Shown: positions 37,675 through 51,353, counted from the first letter of the stretch. The stretch: 64,000 bases of DNA from the human T2T-CHM13v2.0 reference genome, Homo sapiens (GCF_009914755.1 NC_060944.1); one strand, 5' to 3'. The notes: generated by a model from the sequence alone, not told the origin. Translations and numbers: made by a program.

Positions 37675-39210
37675 TCTCATTCATCAACTTAACAAATATT
37701 TGCTGGGCATATCCTATGAGCTGGGAACCGTGCTAGAACAAAGAATAAAATGGAGCCTCTGCCTTTATACAGCATATCACATGGTCAAGGCAGACTGCAA
37801 TTATGACACAATGTGTCATGTTAAGGGTGAGTGTGGGGACTGAGGAAAATTGGAGGTTTTTCCAAACCTCAGTCCTGAAGAATTAAAGGAGGCATCCTAG
37901 ACAGAGTGATGTGGAACTTGAGACCTAAGGGACAAGTGGGAGTTAGCAAGGGAATAACAGTGAGAGTTATTAATGTATAGATGTTTTTTAAAGTGCTGAG
38001 GCTGAATGACATCACCTGGAGAGTGAGCATAGTTAGAAAAGAGAAGATGATTATGGAGGGAAAAGGGAAAACCAACAGAACAACTGAAAAGGGGAAGGAA
38101 AAGACTAGAAGCCAAGGGTCAGAAGTGCAGTGGGGAAGAGGAGTCGGGGGACACTGTGTGCAAAGGCATCAGGTGAAAGAACAGCCAAGTGCATGCTGGC
38201 AACTGAAAGGAGTCTGTGGTGTGGCTGCTGTGGCATCTCATTAAAGAACAGCCAGGCAGGAAGCTGGGAAGGTGGTAGGGACAAATCTTAGGAGCCCCAG
38301 ACACCAGATTAGGGAAACTGGACTTTATCCTAAGACAATAATAGAAAGCCACAAAGAGGAATATAGAAGGGTGGGGTCACCTTAATTCAGGCAAAAGTTG
38401 GGAGTAGCTTCACCAAGGGGTGGTGGTAGCAGAAATTATGATGAAGGAAAGTGACCAATTCAAGAAACAGAAAATAGAATTGCCGGAGTTTGGAGATGAA
38501 TTGATTGGATTGAGGTCTTGAGTACTGGGGAACGTTCATATAGAGGTGAGCAGTTTTAAGGCCCAAGATACTGAGCTATGATGACCATTTTGAGTTGAAG
38601 GTAGCTGTGGTCACAAACACTGCCTCAGTGGGTGAGAAAAGGGGTTGTGCTTCTTATTTGCACTCCCAAGTAAGCATTCATAGCTATTAATTAAATGGAC
38701 GAGCAAGTAAATAAGCAAATGAATGGATGCATCCAGGTGCATCCAGTCCACTGACAGTTTTATGTGATGAGTATAGAGACAGAGCAAGGCTGGCATGCCA
38801 ACAGGGGACCCAGCAAAGTGTCAGAGAGAAGCCATGGGAGTGGATGTCACCAGAAGGGGACTGTGAGGAGGAAACGACACTGAGGTCAGGAACTTAACCA
38901 GACAGGCACTGAAGAAGCAGACAGAGGAAGGGAGCTCGTGAAGGAGGAGAGAGGTGGGAGGAGAGCCAGGAGTCAGATAACTTCAAATGCTACAGAGACA
39001 CCAGTGAAGGCAGAATTGAGATGGGGCCATGAGGTTTGGTAACAAGGAGATTGCTGATGATCTGTGTGCAAATAACTACGGCAAGGCAACAGAGTCTTGT
39101 TCTTCCAATATGTCCCTTGGTCCATAAGCGCTGAGAGGAAGTGACAATCTGTGAGTAGAAACCAAGTGAAAGGAGTGTTAGTGCACTCTTCTTTAGAAGA
39201 GAGCAAGGCA
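37675..39210 (-). mobile_element. Fragmented L2 LINE(s)
   Basis: Starts with the L2 tail cattcatcaacttaacaaatatttgctgggc; internal ggactttatcctaagacaata and tggatgtcacc motifs. Confidence 0.65.
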
Positions 39211-40439
39211 GAGCCTGTGAGAGAAAAATGTCTTTGTCTCTTGTCTCTCTTTGTCTGGCTCAAGGTAATGTAATTGCCTCAGACTTCCCAGGGAAGCAAG
39301 TGGCTCCCACGTTCCTAAGCAAAGGCCAAGCCATAGAACAAGGGCAGAGGCCGCCACTGGGAATGTTTGTGTTGTTAATTTTTTGTAGTTGAATCATATC
39401 GGGAAAATTGTTTCCAAGTTGCTCAAACATGGATAGAGAAGCTAATGTTTTGCTGGAGGTTGGCATTTTTCCCTGATGACATCACATGCCTTGTGTCACC
39501 AGTTAAGGGATCATCAGTAAAGCAAGTGGTCAACGCTATGCAACCACAAAAATATGCTTCTCCTCAAAAGATAATAATAAAATATGTAGAAACAAAATCG
39601 GTTCTAACAGGGAGACTCCTTGGTGAACTTAACCATCTAGTCACTATATACCAAGGGCACGTCTTAAAAACAAAACAGGAAAGCAAACAAACACAAAAAC
39701 AACTCTGCTCCTAACCAGCATTTATCATTTAGCATACGTGGGTTTTAAGAAAATACTGAAAGAGATTAGCTCTAGAGAGGTGAAATGCAAATGCAGGAGG
39801 AAAACAATCCAGGGTTAGGAATGATACCATATGTCTGAATAAGAATCATTTCCAAAAACCATTCTCCTGTGACTTCCTATATTTCTTTGTTTCTGGCCTG
39901 CATAAGAGAATGTTTTCTTAAGAGCAAACATGTAAAATGAAACAGGAATGACTATTGGCTGACCACGAAATTTTCTCCCAACAAGTGCATGCACTGGGAC
40001 TCGAGATTCTTCAACTAAACCCGAGTGTTACACCATGAGATCATGAAGCCAATAAAACATTTGCTGCATGCTAACTATGCCAAATCTCACTTTTCCAGAG
40101 ATACGAGGATGGAATAAAAAGAGAAAAATAAGCAAATGTTGAAATGGAACCATGTGTTCTATGTGCAAAGCAGAAAATCTGAACAGTGCAAGGAGGGTGG
40201 AGAATCACAGGGCCTGTGGGGTTGAGAACAAGATGGCAGCACAGGGAGCCACTCAAGCATATTCTTCTGCTTGACATTATACCAGCCTGATTCACACCAG
40301 TCACTGGTGACGAGTGGTCACTAGTAAGCACAAACATTTTTTCTGGAATTTACTTCCCCAAATTAATATTTTTTTTTCCAAATTAATATTTTTTAAATGC
40401 TTTATTTTTTTGGCTTTCATGATGTCATGATGTCTCCAT

Positions 40440-41405
40440 TTTGCTTCAATCTTACTGGCCACTTCTTCTCATCTCCCTTGCTGTCCTCTACCTCTCTTCG
40501 TCTTCCAAATGCAGAATACAAAATGCCACCTTCTCCTTTTGTTCTAAACATGCTTCCTGGCTGACCTCATGCACTCCACTGGTTTTTAGACATCCTGTAA
40601 AAGTTGGCAAGTTCTCAACTCATATCTCTGAGATTACCTCTTCCTGGACTTCAGATACCTTATATGACAAAATGTGGTTGTTATTCTTGAGACACCTTTG
40701 ATGTCAGTAAATCCTACTCACTTTATCTTCCAAATAGATGTGAAGCGGGCCGCTGCATCTGCACCACTGATCCAAGACATCATCATCTCTCCCTTGGGTG
40801 ACAGAGTGGATTCTGCTTGTGCTTCTTGCTCCTCTACAATCTAATCACCCCTCTTAACATTCAGAGTAAAGTTTTGAAAATGGTAATCAGTCTAGAATCC
40901 ACTGATGGCTTCCCATAGAATATAAAATGAATTCTAACCCCTCTCCCCCTGGGATATGGACCTCCCTCTGAACACCCATTTCCTGATCCCCACCCTCTAT
41001 GTTTGGCAACCCTGACTTGCTCTCAGGTCTGAAATGCGACATGCTTATTGCAGCCTCAGGGCCTTTGCACAAACAATGCTTTCTGTTTGCTATGATCCTC
41101 CAATCTGTGCCCTCTTAGCTCATTTTGGGTCATTCAGAATCAGCTTAGAGATGACCTTCACAGACAGCCATTCTCCAGCGGTTGTCTCCATCATGTCTCC
41201 TGTTTCTGGCCTGCGTAAGAGAATACAGGCCAGATTCTCTCTGCAACCTCGGCTTTTCCCTTGCTCAGCTGTGTTCTGACTTGCTATTACGTATCTACAC
41301 AGGCATGTACTGCCCATGAAGAGGTGCTTCCTCTCACTGTCAGAATATAGGATAGCCCTTAGTGCACAGAGGGCAACCCTATCAATATTTGCTGAGCAAT
41401 TGACT
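40440..41405 (+). mobile_element. L2 LINE fragment with 3' end
   Basis: tggcttcccat, cctcagggcctttgcaca and tcaatatttgctgag. Confidence 0.7.
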
Positions 41406-41854
41406 GGCTCGATGAACAACTCGTGCATCTCTTGTGGATCCTGCTTCCCAGGGTTAACCCAGATAGGAGTTAAAGATCTGGCCATAATTCAATATGACTG
41501 TCAAAATTCCAAGAAGATAAAATAAAGATCAAATTAGAGTTGAAGGTGCTTTCCCTAATTTAATGAATGAGTCTTAAATTTGTTTTTCTGGAAATTTTAC
41601 AGCAGAGGTCATTCCAAATTTCAAATTGACCTCAACTTTTATTTGCCCTCCCATTCCACCTCTCCCCTCACGCATACTAGAGTCAGGAGAAACCCAGCAA
41701 TTCTGAAGCTGACTTTCTCTCTTCATTACTCATAGAAGTGATGAAAAAAATGATTTTGATAAAAAAAAGACAGCATAGTTCAGCAAATTATATCCCCCAA
41801 ACACCGTTATTATCTACTTGACTGAATTCAACCTTTAATATTTTAAAGTTGAAA

Positions 41855-42067
41855 TTCACTGAACTGTGGTGATAGAGAGCATATCGGTGCCTGCCTGAGG
41901 CAGAAGTGGGTGAAGATTGATTGTCAAGGAGCAAAACACTTTGTGAGGTTGAGGAAATGCCTTTACCAGGGCAGTGGTTACACGGGTGTATGCATTTGTC
42001 AAAACTCATCAAACTACACTTATATTTATTTTATGCAAAGTATACCTCTATAAAGGTGATTTAAAAA
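41855..42067 (+). mobile_element. L1ME 3' end
   Basis: gtggttacacgggtgtatgcatttgtcaaaactcatcaaactacactt and tatacctctataaaggtgattt. Confidence 0.8.
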
Positions 42068-42311
42068 TCCATAAGAGTTACTCTATGCCAAGCACCCTGC
42101 TGAATGTCTTATGCTGGGTATTCTAATATCCCTGAAGTGGTGTGCTATAAAGTACGAATTTGAACAGAGTTGCTCTGCTAAAGCCATGATCTAAATCCTA
42201 TGCAAAACCTTTACCCAAGAAGTCATTTTTTCTATTTGAGTGGAAAAAAAAGTTCTCTATTTTAATCCAGATGTATAATGGTCACCTGAAATATTTTTAC
42301 TGAACATATTA

Positions 42312-42787
42312 TCTCTCTTACTATGGGTTCCCTCAAAAGCAGATTCAAACAAGGATTGGGGTGCAGTTGTTAATTTGGAAAGTGGTCCCAGTAAGCCGCT
42401 CTGGTGGGGACTGGGAACTGAGACAGGGCAGAGAAGGAAGCCAGGCCAGGTGTGCTAATGATCAGTTGACCATGCTCAGGACTTGGGGCTCGGACTGACC
42501 AAGTACTGTGGGAGATGGCGTAGAAGATGCCTCAGTGTTGTCCCACCTGAAGGAGGAGACCATGGTGGCGTTTATCGAGACTCCAATGTCATTGGATGGA
42601 GTCTGCTCCTGGGGCGTTAATTCCACTGACCTCTCCTCCCGTTCAGCTCATATACTATGCCAGCTTTAGACCAGAAAAACCCATCAGGCAGAGTCACAGA
42701 TGCTTGCACTTAGAAGCTGTTGGGTTGGGGTGCAGGAAAACAGCGAGTGAGAAGAGGGTATGGAGGTCCACAACAGAGGCTGCTAAA
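42312..42787 (-). mobile_element. LTR16C-like ERVL solo LTR
   Basis: gggttccctcaaaagcaga, tgagacagggcagagaaggaagcc, tgcctcagtgttgtcccacc and tgctcctggggcgttaattcc. Confidence 0.75.
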
Positions 42788-43014
42788 TAGCATGGCTTGT
42801 ACATGAAAAGTCCATCTAAGCTTTCTTGTTTTGTTCTTTGTGATTTGAGAGGTTTTCGTTTTGCTTTGTTTTTCTTCCTCTACTGTAACTTTAGATTGAT
42901 TTTTTGTAGCTCTTCTGTTCTAAATTCAAACACCAAGATTAATCATCATCAAAGGTAATGACTTAGACTATTTACATTTATAAAATCCTCATGTATATAT
43001 GAGAATGCCGTTCC

Positions 43015-43225
43015 AATTCACTGAGCCCTTATTATGTACCAGATATGAAAATTATGTTCTTTTTTGGCTTGATTGTCAAAACAACTGGAGATTGAGGATG
43101 ATGATGTTTATCCCCACTTTACCGTTGAAGAGACTAGGACTTTGGAAGGCTAAGTAATTGCCCAGGTTCTAGAATTGGCAAACAGGGCTGGAGCCCAAAG
43201 TCCAAGCTCTTTCACTGGTCTCCAC
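43015..43225 (-). mobile_element. MIR SINE
   Basis: ctgagcccttattatgtaccag, tatccccactttac and aaggctaagtaattgcccagg. Confidence 0.7.
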
Positions 43226-43934
43226 AGTTGCTCTAGATCTAGCTCTAAGCACAGTGCTTATTCCCCAGTGGTCATCTCCATCTCAGAATCAGAGCATCTG
43301 AGATGCCAACAAAGAATCAAAAAGGCTATTGGTGGGCATGGAATCAGAACAAAGAGATATGAAGTGTTTAGGGACACAAAGCGTGTGAACAACTTATATA
43401 AATCACATAAAGATACTCACCACATGTCTACAAAAGAAAATCCCCTTTTCCCTGATAATACCATAAAAAAGGAAATAGTCCTCAGAATGACCCGTTACAA
43501 TAAGGTTTATTTGTAGCATACATAGTTGCAAAGTATGTATTTAAATGTTGCTGTGTCCAGGGTCTGAGATGGCAGGGCCTGAGGATATGGGTGTGGCACT
43601 GACTGCATACCCTGCAGACAGCTGAGTATCCCAGCCAGTGGGCACTCACAGAATGTACTCTCTGACTATCCTCCCCCATCCAACACTGGAGACCAACCCA
43701 CCTATTGTCACACTTTCTGCTCACTGGCCCCCATGGCACCATACTATCTTTAGTTTTTTTCCACTCTCTCTACCAATGAATACTATGATTAAAAATAGGA
43801 CTTGATGACTGACTTTGTAACGGGGAGGTGTCTGGGGGATAATTCCTTCTTGCTATAAGGCCTCTCCTTTCTTTTCTGCTCACAACCCTTTGTAATGACT
43901 CTCTTTCCACCTTGAACCCACGACGACGACGAAT

Positions 43935-44045
43935 TTGCCTCCTTCCTTGACTCACTTCCCCCTCCCTATTTGCATTTCCTGGCATAACACAAATAAATAA
44001 TTTACACTCAGATCCTTGGTTTCTGGGGGGACCCACTCTAAGACA
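43935..44045 (+). mobile_element. LTR16-family 3' fragment
   Basis: caaataaataatttacactcagatccttggtttctggggggacccactctaagaca. Confidence 0.6.
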
Positions 44046-45974
44046 GTATATCACCCCTACAAATCGGGAGTGCTGTGATCTGACTCCACAAACAGATGTT
44101 CAAGTTCCTGAGGGCAGAGAGGGGGGTTGAAATGTTCACACCATCCACACTGAGCCTAGAGCACCACACGTAGAGCTACAAGTACCCTGCAATTTTATAA
44201 AAAGTTGTATGATATTAACATTTTACATTTTGGGGTTAAGGCACCAGCGCTAAAGAGCAGCTGCAGGAGCCAGTGCGCTGAGCCTGTCATGTGCGTTAGT
44301 GAACTGGCTGCAGGTCACTGTGCTCAGTGACAATCCCATTCAAACCTAAATTTCATCCTAGGTGGGTGGTGCGGAAATGACCCAGGGAAGGGAGAGAGCC
44401 CTGGAGTGATATTGTTAAACTACCAATGGGTAGCTTTGGGCTACCATTCACCGTTTATTGCCTTTCTCTTTGCACAGGTTGCTGGGGAAATCAAGTCCAA
44501 AATTGGTGACTTGCTTCTAGCAAAGTATTGACTTGATTCCATCTGTTATTTTTTTTTTCTTATATCAACCTCATTTCCAACACTGCTGCCTTTCTCCTTC
44601 ATCCTTCCGACTCCATCCATTTTTTGTATTTATTTTTAGCTTGTCATGTGTTTATCCTATATGTACTGCAAATCATTTTTAGGAACCCAGATAAGAGTTA
44701 AAGATCAAAGGAGCCCCTGTCACTGCCTGTTACCAGTGAGGACACTCGGGCTGGAGAGAGGAAGAACTAATGTCAGGTCCCAGAGCTGATGAAGAGCAGG
44801 GTCAGGATTAGGTTCGGGGTCGCTGTCCCACACGTCATAGGACTTCCTTTCGCTGTGGTGTGCAAGGGTTCATTTTCTGCCCGTTTGGAAATTCAGTCTC
44901 ATCTGGGCAGGGATTTTTGCCTGAGAACATGTGCAGGAAATGGTATTCTTTTGCCTGCAACTAAGTGTTAGAACAATTAGGGTGGCCTGCAATTTTATGG
45001 TCAGCTCTCTTTTGAGAGCCTAATGATTTCCAGCTGTTGTCCCTGAATACCCAGCCTCTGGGAAACCACAGATTGATGGAACCTGGGCTTCGAGTTCTCA
45101 GCACTTGGCACTTGAGTTTCAAAAGAGAGATACCCAAAATAACCACCCTTCCACAAGACAGAGGCACTTAGAGACATTTGGACGCAGGTAGTGCTGCCTG
45201 TGATTCATAATCAGGATGAAACAAAAAACTGTGTCTAATAAGGATTGATTCTCTTCTCAGTTCTTTTCGTTTCCTCAAAGCCAATTTCAGTAACACTGAC
45301 AATTCCACCTGTGCCACTTAGTGAGTATGTTCTGTAATTCTTTTCTCTACCCTAGGAAGCTACCTTCTTGTTGATATCACTCGTAGCCTCCTTTCCAAGG
45401 GTTCTGACATTTCAACAGGTTTTAAATGTTTCTTAATGTCCATCATTATTTTTTCTAAATCTCTTTCTCTTTTTTTTTTTTATCCGTGTGGCCTGACATC
45501 ATCAAAGGACTTATTGGTTTTCATATTGATAAATTAGACTTGAAAGTGATATTGTCTCTTTGGTTTGGAGATTGTTTGACTACACAACCGGAAGGAATCA
45601 GGGGTTAGGTTGCAAACAGAGAAAGGCATTAGGCCTTATTCTTGGGGGTGGGAGGAGGTGGTCAGCCCTTGGTTTCTGCCAAGGGAAGGGAGGGATCCAA
45701 TTTGCAATTTCTGTAAGTCATGTTGACAGCTGTGAGGTAAACAGAATGACTGGCAGGCTCAGATGGAAGCAAAGAAGTCTGCAGGGATGTCCGCACACAA
45801 GGAAAGGACAGTGGCAGGAGGGGGCAGTAGCAGGAGGGGAGAAAGATGCATTCAGATTCGGGCATGCTTCAGCATGCAACCTGTCAGGACTGATGAACAC
45901 AAAGACAAGTTACCTGCTAGTCAAATCACAGAACACAACCAGCCCAGTCTCATTTCATGGAGCTGGGCACAGAC

Positions 45975-46160
45975 AGGGAGCAGGAAAGAAAGAGAGGAAA
46001 GAGAGAGGGAGGGAATGGGGAGAGGAAGCAGGAAGAGAAGAAAAGAAGGAGAGAGAAGGAGGAAGAAAGAAAAGAGAGGAAAGGAGAGGACAGAAGGAAG
46101 AAAAGAGAGAGGGAGAAGAAGAAGGGCAGGAGGAGAAAGGAGTGAGGCAGGTGGGGAGAG
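45975..46160 (+). repeat. Polypurine (GA/GAA/GGA) low-complexity tract
   Basis: Almost pure A/G over about 170 bp. Confidence 0.9.
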
Positions 46161-49100
46161 AACATCACAGGACCCTGGATTCTGGAGACCAGCGAGTCCA
46201 ACACACTGCATGCAACACACTCTGAGCATGGAGGCAGAGAGGTCTGGCAGCTTTCTCACTCTGTGGCTCAGAGGTGCACTCATGATTCCGGAGTAGATCA
46301 GATCTGAATTTCACTACAGCCCCATAGCTCATGTTCCCCAGTGGCTTGCTCGGACCAAAATGAGAATTACTTGTGCCTCCCGGGACCATGCACTGACTAA
46401 AGGAGGAGAAGGGGTCCTGCCAGGGCAGGTGTTGGAAGGCAGAGGGAAAGGGGCTCGAGCTGAAAGCACACTCATGAAGCTCTCTGTGTGGAATCCTGGT
46501 CTGGGAGGACACTAAGAAAAATCAAGCCAGGAATAAAAGCCATGCTTCCTCCTCTACTCTCCCTGCTCAGAGCAGGAACCCACATCAGTTGAGGCCCTGC
46601 CATCTGCAAACCACCAGAGGCCAGAGATTCAAACACATTCATTTTTCTGCCCATTTCTAAGATCAGAAAAGTGAGGTTCTGTGAGGTTCAGTATCTTTCT
46701 TCCAGGCCTGTGGGTCAGTGTGAAAGCCAGATCTTTAAGAGAGGTGAAACCCATGTGTGGAAGGGACTCAGACCGGGGGAAACCTGCAGGCAGGATCAGA
46801 CAGGGTGCTCTGCTGTTGGACGACCTTCTTCAGTCCTGTCTGGGATTTCAGCGGGCCAGTTTGACTTGCAGTATTTGAGCTGTGTTAAGAGAGGATTCAA
46901 ATGGCCTGTGAAATGTGAAGGCACCACACTTCAAACCCTACTGCTTGGCTGGGCAATCGTGGGTGAGATTTTAATACAAACTTAGCACAATCACCACACA
47001 CTCATGAAGAAAAGAGCACCCAGTGTCATCAGGGAGGGGCAGCTTAAGGCATCTACAAACCTCCCTTCTGTGATATAACCTGACCCCGTGAAGCAGGGCT
47101 TTCATAAGTGTTGGAAACTCGAAGGAGAGAAGAATCATGTGGCTCATTCTACATGGAGCAGGACATGGCCACTGAGAGCTCGCCACAAACACAGAGGCCT
47201 GCCAGGGTTGGAAGGTGCTGTGCCTTCGGATCTAACCTGACTCCCCAGTAAGGATTTTGAATGCTTCACCCTCGCCTTGGATGTATGACCTCAACATAGT
47301 CAGGAATGGTCCCTTACCTGCCATTAGACAAAAGTCACTAAGTGTGATCCTCTTGGATAGCTGGACAAATCTACTTCATTCCAAAACTTCCCAGCTTCTT
47401 CTCAACATCTTGTGCTATGTGGTGGTCCAGGTAGCTCTAGGACCAATCACATGACCATGAAGCCTGACTCAGCCAATACTCTCCCTCCTTGAATGATGTC
47501 CTAGGCACAGAGAGTCCACCCTCCCCCATGGGGCCTGAGCACAGAGCTTGCCCCTCCCCCCATGAGGCCCGGGCAGAGTCTGTCCTTCTCCCTTGCCTGT
47601 TGTCCTCATCCTCAGGTGGGCACACTAACTGTACCTGCCTCATAGAGCTATGGTGATCTTTCAATTAACTAAATATGTAAATCCAGAACAGTGCCTATCA
47701 CTTAGGGGAGTGATGCCAGTTTTAGAGTTTTTGGATTACTACTGTAATCACTTAGGAGTAGTGGCCCTGGGTTTGAACAATGGAATCTGAAGTCAGGGAC
47801 AGCTTAGGTCAGGTCTGCCGTTAATCTTATTTCCTGGGATAAGTTTACTTTCTTTTCATCTACAAGTGTTTTGTTGCTGTGTTAGCTTGATTACATGGAG
47901 GCCACAAGAGCTTATTTTAGGCCCTAATGTCTGAACCCAGAATTCTTTTAAAGCTTCCAGTTTCTCCAGAATGTAAAAGTTTCTTGAAAAGTATGGGGGA
48001 TGATTTCAGAAATAGGAAAAAATGGAAAAGCTGCATACAGCTGCAACCGCTCCACTAGAAATGGAGGAAGAACTGATAAAGTCCTTTTTAAGTGAAACAG
48101 GCTCATGAAAACATCCTGCATGCCCATGTGGTACTTGGAGCCCAGTGTGAGCCAAAATAGAGACCAGCAGTGAAGAGAAATATTCAGGCTTGTCTGCAGA
48201 AGTTAACAGGGCAGAGAAGGGGAAATTCAGAATGTTCTTCCCAAAGTTGGCTACTTGGCTCCATGTGGGGATGGCACCTACATGCAGCCTCACCAAGCCC
48301 CATCAAATGGGATGGGGTCAGGGGGATTACCATGAACAGGGCTGGGTGACATCAGATTTGACTGTTTTGTGTGATACTGAGCAAGTCAGTGAAGCAGTCA
48401 GTCAGAACTCTCACTTGAGTGGCCCTCTCAGTTGTGTTTTCTGCCTGGAGAGAGATGTGGGCATCCTTTGCACCAGAGTTTTGGGAAGGGCGGGGCTGTA
48501 TCCATTGCAGGTGAGGGGCAGTCGTCACTGATGTAAAGCAGAAAAAGTGGTCAGGCAGCTGGAAAGAGCCAGGGCAGATGCAGGAGATTAGCAAGAGGCA
48601 TGGTGGACAGGTCGAGATGGAGATGAATAATTGCTAAGGCAGCACAGAAAGGGCTGGGCGAAGGCAGAGTCAGCTGCGAGAACTGCTGTGGCTTGCCAAA
48701 CAATTCCAGTAAGCTGAAGCCACAGGCAAGGGAGAATCTGAGGTCAAGTGCTGAGACAGCACCATGGATAGCTCTCCTGGGTACAGGGGCTTGAAAGAAT
48801 GTGTTAAGAAGGATTCTGAGGCTGTGACTGAGCCAAGAAGGCAACACTGCTATGACTGACTAATGACGCCTGCCATGGACATGTGAGGGGGGATGTGGTG
48901 GAAGGTTTGCAGTGTGCTGGCCTGTCCCGATATAGGCTGAGTCTTGATCCACCAGAAGGCTTTCTGCACATCAGCCAGTTTTCGTGGTGAAGATTTGGGT
49001 CTCGGAATTCTCCTGTATGCTTATGATTCTTACCATCAACTTGTTTCCTTGGTAACCCACTCCTGCTGTCTTGATGATGGCTTCCTGTGGTCAGGAGACT

Positions 49101-50214
49101 TCTGGCTGGAGGCTTGACCCCACTTTTCCTGATGAATGACCTTTAGAGGTGGCTCCAGGTATTGCTTCCTAAACCTGAGTAACCATGACAACCTCTCTAA
49201 TTCCGGAGCTCAACTGTAGACACCTAGACTATAATTCTGGGCAACTTTGTGTCTTATACAGGTCTGAGGGCTAGAGATCAGAGTGGACACATGGTTCACC
49301 ATGTAGAACTGTCATCTTGTAAAGACCTTCTGTGACCTCCGGGACTTTGCATGGGTACTCCTATCATGGGTGTGCAGCCTGGGGATGTGTGCTGTGTGTC
49401 ATATATTTTTCTGAACCACAGCCATGGTGTTTTTGGCTCCAGCACACATCACAGGAAGACTTCTGTGCAGGGCAGTGTGACACAAACACATTCAGAGCAG
49501 TCTGTTGCTGGAGAAGGTTTATCTCCTTGGCTTTGAAACGCTTGCAGCCTTTCAGCCCCTAAAAGCATTTAGAAGCAGGATGTGGATGATTTTCCATATT
49601 TCTAAAAAGACTCTTTCTCCTCTTCTCCAACAGTTGCCACTATCAATACTGATGGGAAGCTTTCCAGCCCAGGCTAGGGACCTCGCTTTCCTTTCCTGCC
49701 ATCTCCTTGTTCTTAGCCCACAGCATCCAAAGACAGATGATTTTCTTGGCCATCCCAAGTAAACATAGTGATAGGAGAACTGGATTTTTTTGAGGACCCA
49801 TTCCTTCAACACTTGTCTATAACAATATACTCTGGAGACCCTAACCCTATCTTCGGCGGCTGAGGACTAACTGCCAGCAACTGGCACGTTGCATAGGGCA
49901 ACCTGTGCTTTCAGTCTGTCCTGCCCTTGAGTCATTTCTTCACCTTTAACTGTCTGATTCTTTGTAGTGCTCAGGGCTTTCTGCTGGTAGCTGGGAAAGT
50001 AGCTACTAATTGTCCATGCTTAGATGCTATTGACAGAAGGTGTAACATCTCCCAGGACTTTGGATTCTGAAAAGGAACTTGATAAAAACTAAATGTCTGA
50101 TAGTAAGTATTCCAGTTCAATGGCACTTGACGGTAAGAAGGTTCCCTTGCTCCTGTCAAATTACACGTGTAGAGACTGCAGTCACACTCTGTGGATCTGG
50201 ACACTCCAAGCATC

Positions 50215-50420
50215 ATATTCACTGAGCATCTCCACTGTCTGAGCCCCTGGTCAGGGCTCACTCTTTCATCCAATAATCTTAAAACTCCGTTGAGGCAGAA
50301 GCCATTATCATTATTTTTCAGATGAAATAAGTGCACCCTAGTGGACTTAAATGACTTCTGCACAGTCACACAGCTACTGGGTGCAGAATTAGAGCTCACA
50401 CTCAGGTTTCTGATGCACAC
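50215..50420 (-). mobile_element. MIR SINE
   Basis: cattatttttcagatgaaataag and ttaaatgacttctgcacagtcacacagctact. Confidence 0.7.
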
Positions 50421-50829
50421 ATCGGCGATGACTGTATCTTGCAATAATAGTGGCTATGAACTCTCACCCAGAGCCACTTCTGTGCAGGTTCCTCCCTGCC
50501 CTCTACCTCGTCTTTCTCCCCAGCTCTCCCTGTCCTCCACAGGGGAGACTAGCAGGAGTTAAGCTTTAATCATTTCTGATCCCCAACTACTGACACATAC
50601 CAAGCCCTTGGTAAATATTTGCTGAATAAAAAAATATTAGAACCTGGTTAGCACACATGTTTCCTCAGGCTACTGTAACAAACTGCCACAAATCTGATGA
50701 CTTAAAGCAACAGGAGTTTATTCTCTAAGTGTCCTGGAGACCAGAAGTCCAAAATCAGTTTCACTGGGCCAAAATCAAGGCGCTATCAGGGCTGTGCTCT
50801 CCCTGGAGGCTCCAGGAGAAAATCTGTTC

Positions 50830-51353
50830 TGTTAAAAGAAAAATATTTGACAAATTAAATTCAACAGTTTAATTGAGCAAAGAGCGATTCTCCAATCAGG
50901 AAGCCTGCAGAACAAGAAGAGGTTGAGAGTGATTCCTGGAACTGCCACATGGTTGGATAACATCTGTGAACAGAAAAAGAAAAGTGAGGCACAGAAAACA
51001 AAAGTGAAGTACAGAAAAAAATAGCTGGATTGATTACAGCTCTGTGTTTGCCTAATTTAACATGGTTTGAACAGTTGGTAGCCTGTAATTGGCTGAGACC
51101 CAACTGCTGTGATTGGCGAAGGCTTGGCTGCTGTGATTGGCTGAGACTCAGATGCTGTGATTGGCTGAGACTCGGATGCTGTGATTGGCTGAGACTCGGA
51201 TGCTGTGATTGGCTGAAACTAGCTACTTGATACAAGAACAAGTTGCCGTTTGTTTACACATCCAGTTAGGTGACAGTTCAATGTGTACAGGGAAACCTTT
51301 TGGCTGAACTTAAATATGTGAGGAGGCAGCTTTAGGGGAAACTTAATGTAACA
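50830..51353 (-). mobile_element. MER57/MER93-family ERV1 solo LTR
   Basis: tgttaaaagaaaaa...gacaaattaaatt and gaggcagctttagg...aacttaatgtaaca. Confidence 0.8.
51082..51224 (-). promoter_or_regulatory. 24-bp tandem repeat x6, each unit with a CCAAT (NF-Y) box
   Basis: ATTGG at 51088, 51112, 51136, 51160, 51184 and 51208; unit gctgtgattggctgagactcggat; regulatory function is inferred. Confidence 0.7.

Noticed and set aside
40358-40394. 20-bp tandem duplication ccaaattaatattttt
   Set aside because: Ordinary slippage at a T run with no inserted element between the copies
45560-46296. 221-aa and 177-aa charged ORFs
   Set aside because: They stay open because the polypurine tract lacks T and so lacks stop codons
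50861-51241. ORFs with an 8-aa repeat (SLSQSQHP / CCDWLRLG)
   Set aside because: These are translations of the 24-bp LTR tandem repeat
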